Origin: a bacterium
Lineage (GTDB): Bacteria > RBG-13-61-14 > DATKZS01
DNA length: 64,000 bases
NCBI GenBank assembly: GCA_963674965.2
Contig: CAXXFL010000001.1
Coordinates: 1,472,001 to 1,536,000, forward strand
Direction of reading: 5' to 3'
Shown here: positions 21,288 through 29,354 of the stretch, in pieces
Numbering within the stretch: the first letter of the stretch is position 1
Layout of the letters: each line of letters starts with the position of its first letter
The notes under the pieces: model-generated
What the model saw: only the letters and a program-made list of their open reading frames with translations
Told to the model about the DNA's origin: nothing
The model's database searches: none
Position numbers and translations under genes: made by a program

Positions 21288-22997
21288 TTACTTGGGTCGG
21301 TATCGATTGGTGATGGGAAGCCGCCTGTCCTTTCCGAAAGCCTTGGGAGTGATCTTGACGCCGGGCGGGGCCTGTCTTCTTTTATACTCGTTGCGGTCCA
21401 CCATGCGGACGACCTCGAGTACGCGGCCAAGGTCGAAGCCTTTTCGAGCGATATCCCTCGGGGCCAGGTCCTCCTCGACGTAAAGCTCGAGTATACCGTC
21501 GAGCTCGTCGTATGGCGGCAAAGAGTCCTCATCCTTCTGGTCGGCGCGAAGCTCCGCGCTGGGCGGCCTTTCTATTACGCTCAGCGGAATGACCTCGGCG
21601 CCGGCTTTTTCGTTCACGAGCCTGGACAGCCCATATACCAGGGTCTTGGGCACGTCCTTGATGGCCGCGAAGCCGCCGGCCATGTCGCCGTAGAGGGTCG
21701 CGTAACCGACGGCCATCTCGCTTTTGTTGCCCGTGGTCAATACCAGCCAGCCGAAGCGGTTGCTGAGAGCCATAAGAATATTGCCCCGGACGCGGGCCTG
21801 GAGGTTTTCCGCCTCGACGCCGGGCGGTCCTTTTCCGAACTCCCGAGACAGCCCTTCCCCGTAGGCCTTGACCATGGGCTCGATGGGTACCTCGATATAC
21901 TTGATTCCCAGGTTCCTGGCCAGCAGACCGGCGTCGGAAAAAGTCCCGTCCGAGGTATAGCGGGATGGCATGGTCACGCCGACGACCTTGTCCGCGCCAA
22001 GCGCGTCCCGCGCGACGGCCGCGGTAAGGGACGAGTCGATGCCGCCCGACAAACCAATAAGCACCTTATCGAACCCGTTTTTTACAACGTAATCTCGGAC
22101 CCCGACTACCAGCGCCTGATAGACTTCCTCCTCGGTAGCCATCTCGGGAGCCAGGGACGGGAAGGTTTTTATGGTCCTCGAGATCCCGGAGGTCCTCTCG
22201 GATATCAGGATGAAGGGATGATCGCCGGGAGGGTCGTATTTTGCTAAATGAGCGTAGGAAGCCACCATGAGGTCCGTAATAAGGAGGTCTTCCTCGAAGC
22301 GTCTGGCCCGGGCGAACAACTCTCCATCCGGCCCCAGGGCCATGCTGGTCCCGTCGAAGACCAACTCGTCCTGGCCCCCCACTAAATTAGCGTAGAACAG
22401 ACACGCTCCGCTGGCGCGGCAGAACCTTTCAAATATCCGGGTCCTTTGCCTCAGCTTGCCCGCGTGAAAAGGAGAGGCGCTGAGGTTTATCACGCCGGCC
22501 GCGGATGAATCCCGGGCCGTTCTTTCAGCCCCGGACCCCTCGATCCAGACGTCCTCGCAAATGGTCACGGCCAGGCGGACGCCGTTGACCGTTATTACCA
22601 GGCCCTCGGTCCCGGGGGTGAAATATCTTCTCTCGTCGAAGACCCCGTAATTGGGAAGCTCGTTCTTGAAATAATAATCGACAATGGCGCCGTCCCTGAT
22701 CACTACGGCCGCGTTTTTCAAAGAGCCGTCCGCCATAACGGGCGCTCCCACTATGGCGGTAATATCTTTTACTTCTTTCGCCAGGGCCTCGAGCTTTTCC
22801 CCGCAATCCCTTATGAACGCGGGTTTTAGCAGCAGGTCCTCCGGCGGGTATCCGGCTAGAGCCAACTCCGGGACCGACGCGAGGTCGGCCCCGGCTTGCG
22901 CGGACTTTTTAATAGAGTCGGCTATCTTTTTCGCGTTTTGTTCCAGGTCCCCCACGGTAAGGTTTATTTGAGCCTGGGCTATTCTTATGGACTTCAA
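21288..22997 (-). CDS. nadE: Glutamine-dependent NAD+ synthetase
   Basis: Nitrilase domain (PEL..AGYPPEDL, LPNYGVFDE, ICED) plus synthetase domain (GLSGGIDS, ENLQAR, GNKSE, GYATLYGD, PSAEL, EYKRRQ). Confidence 0.97.
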   Translation of the reverse strand: MKSIRIAQAQINLTVGDLEQNAKKIADSIKKSAQAGADLASVPELALAGYPPEDLLLKPAFIRDCGEKLEALAKEVKDITAIVGAPVMADGSLKNAAVVIRDGAIVDYYFKNELPNYGVFDERRYFTPGTEGLVITVNGVRLAVTICEDVWIEGSGAERTARDSSAAGVINLSASPFHAGKLRQRTRIFERFCRASGACLFYANLVGGQDELVFDGTSMALGPDGELFARARRFEEDLLITDLMVASYAHLAKYDPPGDHPFILISERTSGISRTIKTFPSLAPEMATEEEVYQALVVGVRDYVVKNGFDKVLIGLSGGIDSSLTAAVARDALGADKVVGVTMPSRYTSDGTFSDAGLLARNLGIKYIEVPIEPMVKAYGEGLSREFGKGPPGVEAENLQARVRGNILMALSNRFGWLVLTTGNKSEMAVGYATLYGDMAGGFAAIKDVPKTLVYGLSRLVNEKAGAEVIPLSVIERPPSAELRADQKDEDSLPPYDELDGILELYVEEDLAPRDIARKGFDLGRVLEVVRMVDRNEYKRRQAPPGVKITPKAFGKDRRLPITNRYRPK

Positions 22998-23033
22998 TGG
23001 GGGACCCGCCTTTAGCCGCTCATCCTTTGCCCG

Positions 23034-24362
23034 TCAGAGTATGGGCAGATAGTTATCGAGCTCGAATTTACTCACGTGAATCCTGAAGCGGTCCCATTCG
23101 ATTTTCTTGTTCTCGATGAACTTCTCGAATATATGGTCGCCCAGGGCCTCCCTGACCAGCGCGCTGTTCTCGGTGACCTCGATGGCCTCGCCCAGGCTCC
23201 CGGGCAGGGACTCGATACCCGCTTCCTCCCTGGCCTTGGGCGACATCTCGAAGATGTCCTCCTCGACCGGATCGGGCAGCTCGTATCCCTCCTTGACGCC
23301 CTTGAGGCCGGCGGCCAGCATCACGGTAAAGGCGAGGTAGGGGTTGCAGGCCGGGTCCGGGCAGCGCACTTCCATCCTGGTGGCCTTTTCCTTGCCCGGC
23401 TTGTACATGGGAACTCTGACCAGGGCCGAGCGGTTGCGCCTGGCCCAGGCCACGTAAACCGGGGCCTCGTAGCCCGGTACCAGCCTCTTGTAGGAGTTGA
23501 CCCACTGGGCGATGACCAGGCAAATCTCGCGGGCGTGCTTGAGGACGCCCGCGATGTAGGCCTTGCCCTCCTTGGACAGGTTGTACTGATCGCTCGAGTC
23601 GAAGAAGGCGTTCTTGCTTCCCTTAAAGAGGGACTGGTGCGTATGCATTCCCGACCCGTTTTCGCCGAAGATGGGCTTGGGCATGAAGGTGGCGTAGACG
23701 CCGTGCTTTTGCGCGATCTCCTTGACCACCAGGCGATAGGTCATGGCGGCGTCGGCCATCTTGAGTCCCTCCATGTAGCGCAGGTCGATCTCGTGCTGGG
23801 AGGGCGCGACCTCATGGTGGCTGTACTCGACGGCGATGCCCAGGCTTTGCAGGGCCAGGATGGTGTCGCGGCGCAGGTCGCTGGCCGCGTCCAGGGGCGT
23901 CAAGTCGAAGTATCCGCCCTCGTCCAGGACCTCGGTGCCTTTATTGTCCTTGAAGTAAAAGTACTCGAGCTCGGGCCCGACGTACATGGTATAGCCGTCG
24001 TCGGCCGCTTTCTTGAGCTGCCTCTTCAGGGCGTAGCGGGGATCGCCGGCGTAAGGCGTGCCGTCGGGCTGAAGAACGTCGCAGAACATCCTGGCCACGG
24101 CGTACTCCTGGGGCCGCCAGGGCAGGATTTGAAAGGTCGAGGGGTCCGGCATGGCTATCATGTCGCTCTCGTGGATGCGGGCGAAACCCTCGATCGAGCT
24201 GCCGTCAAAGCCCATTCCCTCCTCCATGCCCACCTCGAGTTCATCGGCGGAGATGGCGAAGCTCTTGAGCATGCCAAGGACGTCGGTAAACCAGAAACGT
24301 ATGAATTTTACGTTTTTATCCTTGACCATTTTCAATACGGCTTCCTTGTTCATGTCCGACAT
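23034..24362 (-). CDS. glnA: Glutamine synthetase type I (GSI-alpha length, 442 aa)
   Basis: FDGSSIEG, HHEVAPSQHEI, ATFMPKP, NGSGMH, NSYKRLVPGYEAP, NRSALVR, EVRCPDPACNPY. Confidence 0.97.
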   Translation of the reverse strand: MSDMNKEAVLKMVKDKNVKFIRFWFTDVLGMLKSFAISADELEVGMEEGMGFDGSSIEGFARIHESDMIAMPDPSTFQILPWRPQEYAVARMFCDVLQPDGTPYAGDPRYALKRQLKKAADDGYTMYVGPELEYFYFKDNKGTEVLDEGGYFDLTPLDAASDLRRDTILALQSLGIAVEYSHHEVAPSQHEIDLRYMEGLKMADAAMTYRLVVKEIAQKHGVYATFMPKPIFGENGSGMHTHQSLFKGSKNAFFDSSDQYNLSKEGKAYIAGVLKHAREICLVIAQWVNSYKRLVPGYEAPVYVAWARRNRSALVRVPMYKPGKEKATRMEVRCPDPACNPYLAFTVMLAAGLKGVKEGYELPDPVEEDIFEMSPKAREEAGIESLPGSLGEAIEVTENSALVREALGDHIFEKFIENKKIEWDRFRIHVSKFELDNYLPIL

Positions 24363-24456
24363 TTTTTATTTCCTCCTTAAAATTTCCTTTGCTTTTTGAG
24401 GCCTCCGGCGAAAACCCCATGGGCCTCTTTTATTCGTTAAATCTTGAACGTCTTAA

Positions 24457-24472
24457 TTCAACCATCGTGCCA
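24457..24472 (-). promoter_or_regulatory. sigma54 -24/-12 promoter upstream of glnA
   Basis: Minus strand TGGCACGATGGTTGAA: consensus -24 box, with TTGA instead of TTGC at -12. Confidence 0.75.
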
Positions 24473-24549
24473 GTTCGTCAATAAAAATATAAAATCCATT
24501 TATAACCAAGCCTTACGGCGCCAGGCTTGAATTCGGCGGTCTGATCATC

Positions 24550-24595
24550 CTACATATTTGTAGGTTCACGATCGGGCGATCCTACAAATATGTAT
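24550..24595. promoter_or_regulatory. Tandem palindromic activator sites upstream of the glnA promoter
   Basis: CTACATATTTGTAG (24550-24563) and CTACAAATATGTAT (24582-24595), 32 bp apart. Confidence 0.75.
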
Positions 24596-24600
24596 TTATC

Positions 24601-24942
24601 TTAGCCTATGGCCTGGGCGCCCATCTCGCCCGTCCGTATTCGCATGCAGTCCTCGAGGTCGAACACGAATATTTTCCCGTCACCGATCTCGCCCGTTCTC
24701 GCGCCCTTCCTGATGGCGTCGAGCGTGGGCTGGAGAAAGGGGTCGGTAACGGCGATCTCGATCTTGACCTTCTTGAGGAGATTGCCCATTTCCTCCATGC
24801 CCCTGTAGATGGTGGTAATGCCCTGTTGTCTGCCGCATCCCAGGACGGGCGTAACCGTTATCAGGTTCACCTGCGCCGCTTTCAGTTCCTCCCGTACCTC
24901 GTCCAGCATATGGGGCTGTATAACCGCGATAATGTACTTCAT
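24601..24942 (-). CDS. glnK: PII nitrogen regulatory protein (GlnK-like, amt-linked), copy 2
   Basis: G.GRQ.G...YRG T-loop, [25 protein letters not shown]; directly downstream of amt. Confidence 0.93.
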   Translation of the reverse strand: MKYIIAVIQPHMLDEVREELKAAQVNLITVTPVLGCGRQQGITTIYRGMEEMGNLLKKVKIEIAVTDPFLQPTLDAIRKGARTGEIGDGKIFVFDLEDCMRIRTGEMGAQAIG

Positions 24943-24953
24943 CTTTCCCCTCC

Positions 24954-26186
24954 TCACTCGAGGACCGTATAGCCCGCTTCCCGGTGCTGGCTGATATCGA
25001 GTCCTACAATTTCGTCTTTTTTCGTCACCCGCATCCCGATGACGGCGTCGACCAGCTTATAAAGCACGAAGGTCATAACCGCGGCGTAGGCGATGGTGGC
25101 CAGGACCGAGACGGCCTGGACGCCGAACTGGTGGAAGTTGCCGAAGAGAAGACCGTCGGTCCCGCCGACCGATTTCTGGGCGAATATGCCCGTGGCCAGG
25201 GCGCCCCAGACGCCGCCGACGCCGTGGACGCCGAACACGTCCAAGGTGTCGTCGTAGCCGAGCCGGGGTTTTATCACGGCCACGGCCACGAACCCGAGGG
25301 CGCTCGATCCCGCCCCTATTGGAATGGCCGCCATGGGGCCCACGAAGCCGCAGGCCGGGGTGATGGCCACCAGCCCGGCCACGGCCCCGGTGGCGGCCCC
25401 CAGCATGGTGGGCGAGCCGTTATGTTTCCACTCGATAAGGGCCCAGGTCAGGCCCGCGGCGGCGGTCGATATATTGGTGGTGACGAAGGCGTTGGCCGCG
25501 GCCCCGTCGGCGGCCAGGGCGCTGCCGGCGTTGAAGCCGAACCATCCGAACCACAGGACCGAGGCGCCCAGCACCACGAAGGGCAGGTGGTGGGGGGTAA
25601 AGGGACCTCCCTTGTAACCCTCCCGCTTTCCAATAAGGAGGGCCATGACCAGGGCGGCCACGCCCGCGTTGATGTGCACCACCGTGCCCCCGGCGAAGTC
25701 CAGGGCGCCCAGATTCCGCATCCAGCCCCCCACGCCCCAAACCCAGTGACAGACAGGGTCGTAAACCAGGGTGGCCCAGATCACCATGAAGACGAGGAAA
25801 CCGGAAAACTTGATCCGCTCGGCGAAGGCGCCAATGATCAGGGCGGGAGTGATCACGGCGAACATGCCCTGGAAAGCCATGAAGGCCAGGTGAGGTATGG
25901 TGGTCCCGTAATCGGGCGAAGGTTCCATCCCGACCCCGCTCAGGCCGAGGAAATTAAGGCCTCCTATTAAGCCGCCAAGCGAGTTGGCGCCGAACGAAAG
26001 CGAGTACCCCAGTATGACCCATTGCAGAGTGATGACGCAGATGAGGATGAAGCACTGCATAAGGACGGAAAGGAAATTTTTCCTTCTTACCAGTCCTCCG
26101 TAAAAGAACGCCAGGCCCGGCGTCATGAACAGCACAAGGGCCGCCGACATGAGCACGAACGCGGTGTCTCCACCGTTTACTTCCAT
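24954..26186 (-). CDS. amt: Ammonium transporter, copy 2
   Basis: [59 protein letters not shown]. Start after the AAGGAGG RBS. Confidence 0.96.
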   Translation of the reverse strand: MEVNGGDTAFVLMSAALVLFMTPGLAFFYGGLVRRKNFLSVLMQCFILICVITLQWVILGYSLSFGANSLGGLIGGLNFLGLSGVGMEPSPDYGTTIPHLAFMAFQGMFAVITPALIIGAFAERIKFSGFLVFMVIWATLVYDPVCHWVWGVGGWMRNLGALDFAGGTVVHINAGVAALVMALLIGKREGYKGGPFTPHHLPFVVLGASVLWFGWFGFNAGSALAADGAAANAFVTTNISTAAAGLTWALIEWKHNGSPTMLGAATGAVAGLVAITPACGFVGPMAAIPIGAGSSALGFVAVAVIKPRLGYDDTLDVFGVHGVGGVWGALATGIFAQKSVGGTDGLLFGNFHQFGVQAVSVLATIAYAAVMTFVLYKLVDAVIGMRVTKKDEIVGLDISQHREAGYTVLE

Positions 26187-26190
26187 TTTC

Positions 26191-26293
26191 TTGCCTCCTT
26201 GATCGATATGCGGGGACCGGACTCCCGGAAACCCGATGGGACGGCCGGTTTTAACCCTGGAGTTTCCACCGACCGTCCCGATCAAGGAGGCAA
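26191..26293. repeat. 103-bp element bounded by a perfect 15-bp inverted repeat that includes the amt RBS
   Basis: TTGCCTCCTTGATCG (26191-26205) and CGATCAAGGAGGCAA (26279-26293); internal 12-bp stem 26238-26249/26268-26279. Confidence 0.85.
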
Positions 26294-26304
26294 TCGCCAT
26301 GCCG
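26289..26304 (-). promoter_or_regulatory. sigma54 -24/-12 promoter upstream of amt copy 2
   Basis: Minus strand CGGCATGGCGATTGCC (GG-N10-GC). Confidence 0.65.
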
Positions 26305-26334
26305 ACGGCACGACCTTTTTTAATTATTTAAATA

Positions 26335-26347
26335 TATCAGCGCTTTA
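26335..26347 (+). promoter_or_regulatory. Possible IHF site between activator sites and sigma54 promoter
   Basis: TATCAGCGCTTTA matches WATCARNNNNTTR, preceded by an AT-rich tract. Confidence 0.45.
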
Positions 26348-26382
26348 TCGTTATATAAGGCCTCCGACTCAATATTTTATAG

Positions 26383-26427
26383 CTACATATTTGTGGTTAA
26401 TCATAGTATATAACCACATTTTAGTAG
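26383..26427. promoter_or_regulatory. Tandem palindromic activator sites upstream of amt copy 2
   Basis: CTACATATTTGTGG (26383-26396) and CCACATTTTAGTAG (26414-26427), 31 bp apart. Confidence 0.7.
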
Positions 26428-26430
26428 TTT

Positions 26431-26772
26431 CTAGCCTATGGCTTCCCCTCCTCTCTCGCCGGTCCTTATCCTTATGCACTCGGTGAGGTCGGTGACGAAT
26501 ATCTTGCCGTCCCCAATCTCGCCGGTCCTGGCCCCTTTGATGATGGCCTCGATGGTGGGCTCGACGTAGTCCTCGTTCACGGCTATCTCCATCCTGAGTT
26601 TCTTGAGAAGGTTGATCTCGGTTTTTACGCCGCGATAGGACTTGGTGTATCCTCCCTGCTGGCCGCAGCCCAGGGCGTTGGTTACGGACATCTTGGATAT
26701 CTGGGCGTCGAAAAGGGTCCTTTTCACGTCCTCCAATCTTTCCGGCTGTATATAGGCCACAATCAGTTTCAT
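26431..26772 (-). CDS. glnK: PII nitrogen regulatory protein (GlnK-like, amt-linked), copy 1
   Basis: G.GQQGG...[38 protein letters not shown]. Confidence 0.93.
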   Translation of the reverse strand: MKLIVAYIQPERLEDVKRTLFDAQISKMSVTNALGCGQQGGYTKSYRGVKTEINLLKKLRMEIAVNEDYVEPTIEAIIKGARTGEIGDGKIFVTDLTECIRIRTGERGGEAIG

Positions 26773-26809
26773 TTCATACCTCCTTATTGAAAATCACCTT
26801 TTCGCCTAA

Positions 26810-28174
26810 TTACTGCGTGGTGAAAATCTGGAAACCGGAATAGGCCTCCATGCCGTGTTCCTCGAGGTCCAGGCCCCGGATTTCCTCCTCTTTCGAGACG
26901 CGAAGGCCCACGATCTTTTTGATGGCGAAGAACATGATAAAAGCGGTTATGCCCACCCAGGCGAAGACGCCGATCACGCCGACGAGCTGGATACCGAACT
27001 GTCCCAGTCCGCCGCCGAAGAACAGCCCGTTAACCGGGTCGCCGCCCGCGGCCACCGCGTATTTGGCCTGGGCGAAAAGTCCCACGCTGAGGGTCCCGAA
27101 GGCCCCGCACACGCCGTGCACGCTGACGGCTCCGACGGGGTCGTCTATTTTGAGGACCTTGTCGATGAACTCGACGGACAGGACCACCAGGACGCCGGCG
27201 ATCATGCCGATGAGCACGGCGCTTCCCGGCCCGACCACCGCGCAGGGGGCCGTGATCGCCACCAGTCCGGCCAGGGCGCCGTTGAGGCTCATGGAGGCGT
27301 CGGGTTTTCCGAACCTTATCCAGGCCGTGATCATGGCCGTGATGGCCCCGCCGGCCGCGGCCAGGTTGGTGGTGACGGCGATGAGTCCTATCCCGAGGTT
27401 GGTGCCCGCCGTGGTCGATCCGGGGTTGAACCCGAACCATCCGAACCAGAGGATAAACACTCCCAAGGCCGCCAGGGGTATGTTATGGCCGGGGATGGCT
27501 TTGGAAATCTTTTTGCCGCCCCCGTTCTCGACGTATTTGCCCAGCCTCGGGCCCAGTATTATGGCCCCGACCAGGGCAGCCCATCCGCCCACCGAGTGAA
27601 CGACGGTGGAGCCGGCGAAGTCGATCATGCCCAGCTTCGAGAGCCAGCCGCCGCCCCAAATCCAGTGGCCCACCACCGGATAAATGACGGCGGTGACGAT
27701 TACGCTATAAATAAGGTACGAGGAAAACTTGGTCCTTTCCGCCATGCCGCCGCTGACGATGGTGGCCGCCGTGGCCGCGAAGACCGTCTGGAAAAGCCAG
27801 AAGGTCAACTGCCACATGCCGCCTTCCTTGGTGGGGTCGCCGGCGCTGAGGAAAAAGCCGTCCGTGCCGAAAAGCCCTCCGGCGCTGGCGCCGAACATGA
27901 TACCGAACCCCACCGCCCAGTAAATGATCGAGCCAACGGAAAAGTCCATAAGGTTCTTCATGATGATGTTGCAGGCGTTCTTGGCCCGGGTGAAACCCGT
28001 CTCGACCATGGCGAAGCCCGCCTGCATGAAAAAGACCAGGAACGCCGCCACCAGGGTCCATACCGTGTCGAGCGCCGCGGCGTTCGAGCTGGGCGTGGGT
28101 CCCTCGTCGGCGAGAGCAAGCCGGCCGATAAGGAACGCGGCTATGGTAACTACCGGTATTATATAGCGTCTCAT
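26810..28174 (-). CDS. amt: Ammonium transporter, copy 1 (with N-terminal signal peptide)
   Basis: [67 protein letters not shown]. Confidence 0.96.
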   Translation of the reverse strand: MRRYIIPVVTIAAFLIGRLALADEGPTPSSNAAALDTVWTLVAAFLVFFMQAGFAMVETGFTRAKNACNIIMKNLMDFSVGSIIYWAVGFGIMFGASAGGLFGTDGFFLSAGDPTKEGGMWQLTFWLFQTVFAATAATIVSGGMAERTKFSSYLIYSVIVTAVIYPVVGHWIWGGGWLSKLGMIDFAGSTVVHSVGGWAALVGAIILGPRLGKYVENGGGKKISKAIPGHNIPLAALGVFILWFGWFGFNPGSTTAGTNLGIGLIAVTTNLAAAGGAITAMITAWIRFGKPDASMSLNGALAGLVAITAPCAVVGPGSAVLIGMIAGVLVVLSVEFIDKVLKIDDPVGAVSVHGVCGAFGTLSVGLFAQAKYAVAAGGDPVNGLFFGGGLGQFGIQLVGVIGVFAWVGITAFIMFFAIKKIVGLRVSKEEEIRGLDLEEHGMEAYSGFQIFTTQ

Positions 28175-28284
28175 TTTTATCCTCCCTGAAATGGGCGCGA
28201 GTCTCGGGCGCGGCTTCAGCCGATACTCTCGCTCGGCGTGAGGCCCTCTTATCGCGAGCCCATGTTTTATAAATTATTTGTCGA

Positions 28285-29154
28285 TTAGATTTCCCCGGAC
28301 CATCCCAGGCTGATCATGAAAAGGCCGGCCTGGTCTTGCAGGTCAAGGTCCGTGCCCACGTTGCCCAGGTCGATGGCGTCCTTGGCGTCCTCATTGAGCA
28401 GTCCCACGTAGCTGTAGGAGGGCGTGATGGAGAAGCCCATGGGCAGTCCAACTGGAAGGGCCACGCCCACGGAATAGTCGTGGAAACCATCCTTGTCCTC
28501 GAAGCCTTGTACGCCCATCGAGTCGAAACCCCAGTAGAACTGGCTGAACTTCTCGTTGGCGTATCCCACGTGGCCGGACAAATCCAGGCCCAGGGTCACG
28601 TCGCCCTCCTCGATGAGGGAAAAGGAATGGCCCAGGTCGAGGCTCAAGTAGCCCGCTCCGTCGGCCTGGTCCTGGTCCCAGTAAAAAGTCAGGCCCGGCG
28701 AGGAGGGAACGTCAAAGGCCACGCCCGTGAAAATCTCCGTGCTGGCGGCCAGCTTATTGGGGTTGTCGCCAATGGGTCCTCCCGGGTGGGGGAAGGTGTA
28801 GTTGATCACGCCCAGGCTAATCTCGGCCGGTCCCAAGGCGCGGGAATAGCTCGCCGTGTAGTCTATCTCGGTCAGTTGTCCCGACTGGTCCCCGTAACCC
28901 ACGAAGGGAGACGCGCCCCAGTCGGTCAGGTCCATGTTGCCCCAGGCGTTGAGGCTGAAACCGCCGCCGGAAAGGGTGATGGACGGTTGGAGGACGGACT
29001 CCTCGTTCAGCGGTATGCCTCTCCACACGTAGCGGTCGCAATAAGAAACGTCCACTCCCACTTCGACCTTGGACTTGTCATCCGCCAGGGCGCCTGAAAG
29101 CGCCGACGCGCATAAAACCAGAGCCATGGCCAATCCCGATAACAACCTTTTCAT
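28285..29154 (-). CDS. Putative outer-membrane beta-barrel (TorF/Gcw_chp-like porin)
   Basis: Signal peptide, YVWRG...QPS, WG, EIDY..SY, G..NYTFP and alternating beta-strand pattern; sits at the head of amt-glnK, as known for this family. Confidence 0.7.
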   Translation of the reverse strand: MKRLLSGLAMALVLCASALSGALADDKSKVEVGVDVSYCDRYVWRGIPLNEESVLQPSITLSGGGFSLNAWGNMDLTDWGASPFVGYGDQSGQLTEIDYTASYSRALGPAEISLGVINYTFPHPGGPIGDNPNKLAASTEIFTGVAFDVPSSPGLTFYWDQDQADGAGYLSLDLGHSFSLIEEGDVTLGLDLSGHVGYANEKFSQFYWGFDSMGVQGFEDKDGFHDYSVGVALPVGLPMGFSITPSYSYVGLLNEDAKDAIDLGNVGTDLDLQDQAGLFMISLGWSGEI

Positions 29155-29195
29155 TTTCTACCTCCTTGAAAATAGTCAATTTGGAAGGGTTATTA

Positions 29196-29211
29196 ATCAA
29201 CCTTCGTGCCA
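29196..29211 (-). promoter_or_regulatory. sigma54 -24/-12 promoter upstream of porin-amt-glnK
   Basis: Minus strand TGGCACGAAGGTTGAT, 14/16 identical to the glnA promoter. Confidence 0.75.
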
Positions 29212-29310
29212 AGAGGCGAAAATATTTTATTCGATTTATAACATGCCGATTAATAGTGGATATTTAGAAAAGAAGCCCTATGGCCGGAAAGAGAACGGGA
29301 ATATATAAAT

Positions 29311-29354
29311 CTACATTAATGTGTGGATATCATGTTTATACTACATTTATGTAC
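29311..29354. promoter_or_regulatory. Tandem palindromic activator sites upstream of the porin promoter
   Basis: CTACATTAATGTGT (29311-29324) and CTACATTTATGTAC (29341-29354), 30 bp apart; the second overlaps the regulator's stop codon. Confidence 0.7.

Noticed and set aside
24363-24456. Glutamine (glnA) riboswitch or ANTAR hairpins in the glnA leader
   Set aside because: A GAGGCC/GGCCTC hairpin and a CGTTCA start are present, but the GGAAGTA/GAAGGAACG core and the tandem ANTAR hexaloops are not.
24549-29354. CRISPR or mobile-element origin of the CTACA...TGTAG repeats
   Set aside because: The copies are 14 bp, come in pairs at promoter-distal positions, and have no spacer array, cas gene or transposase nearby.
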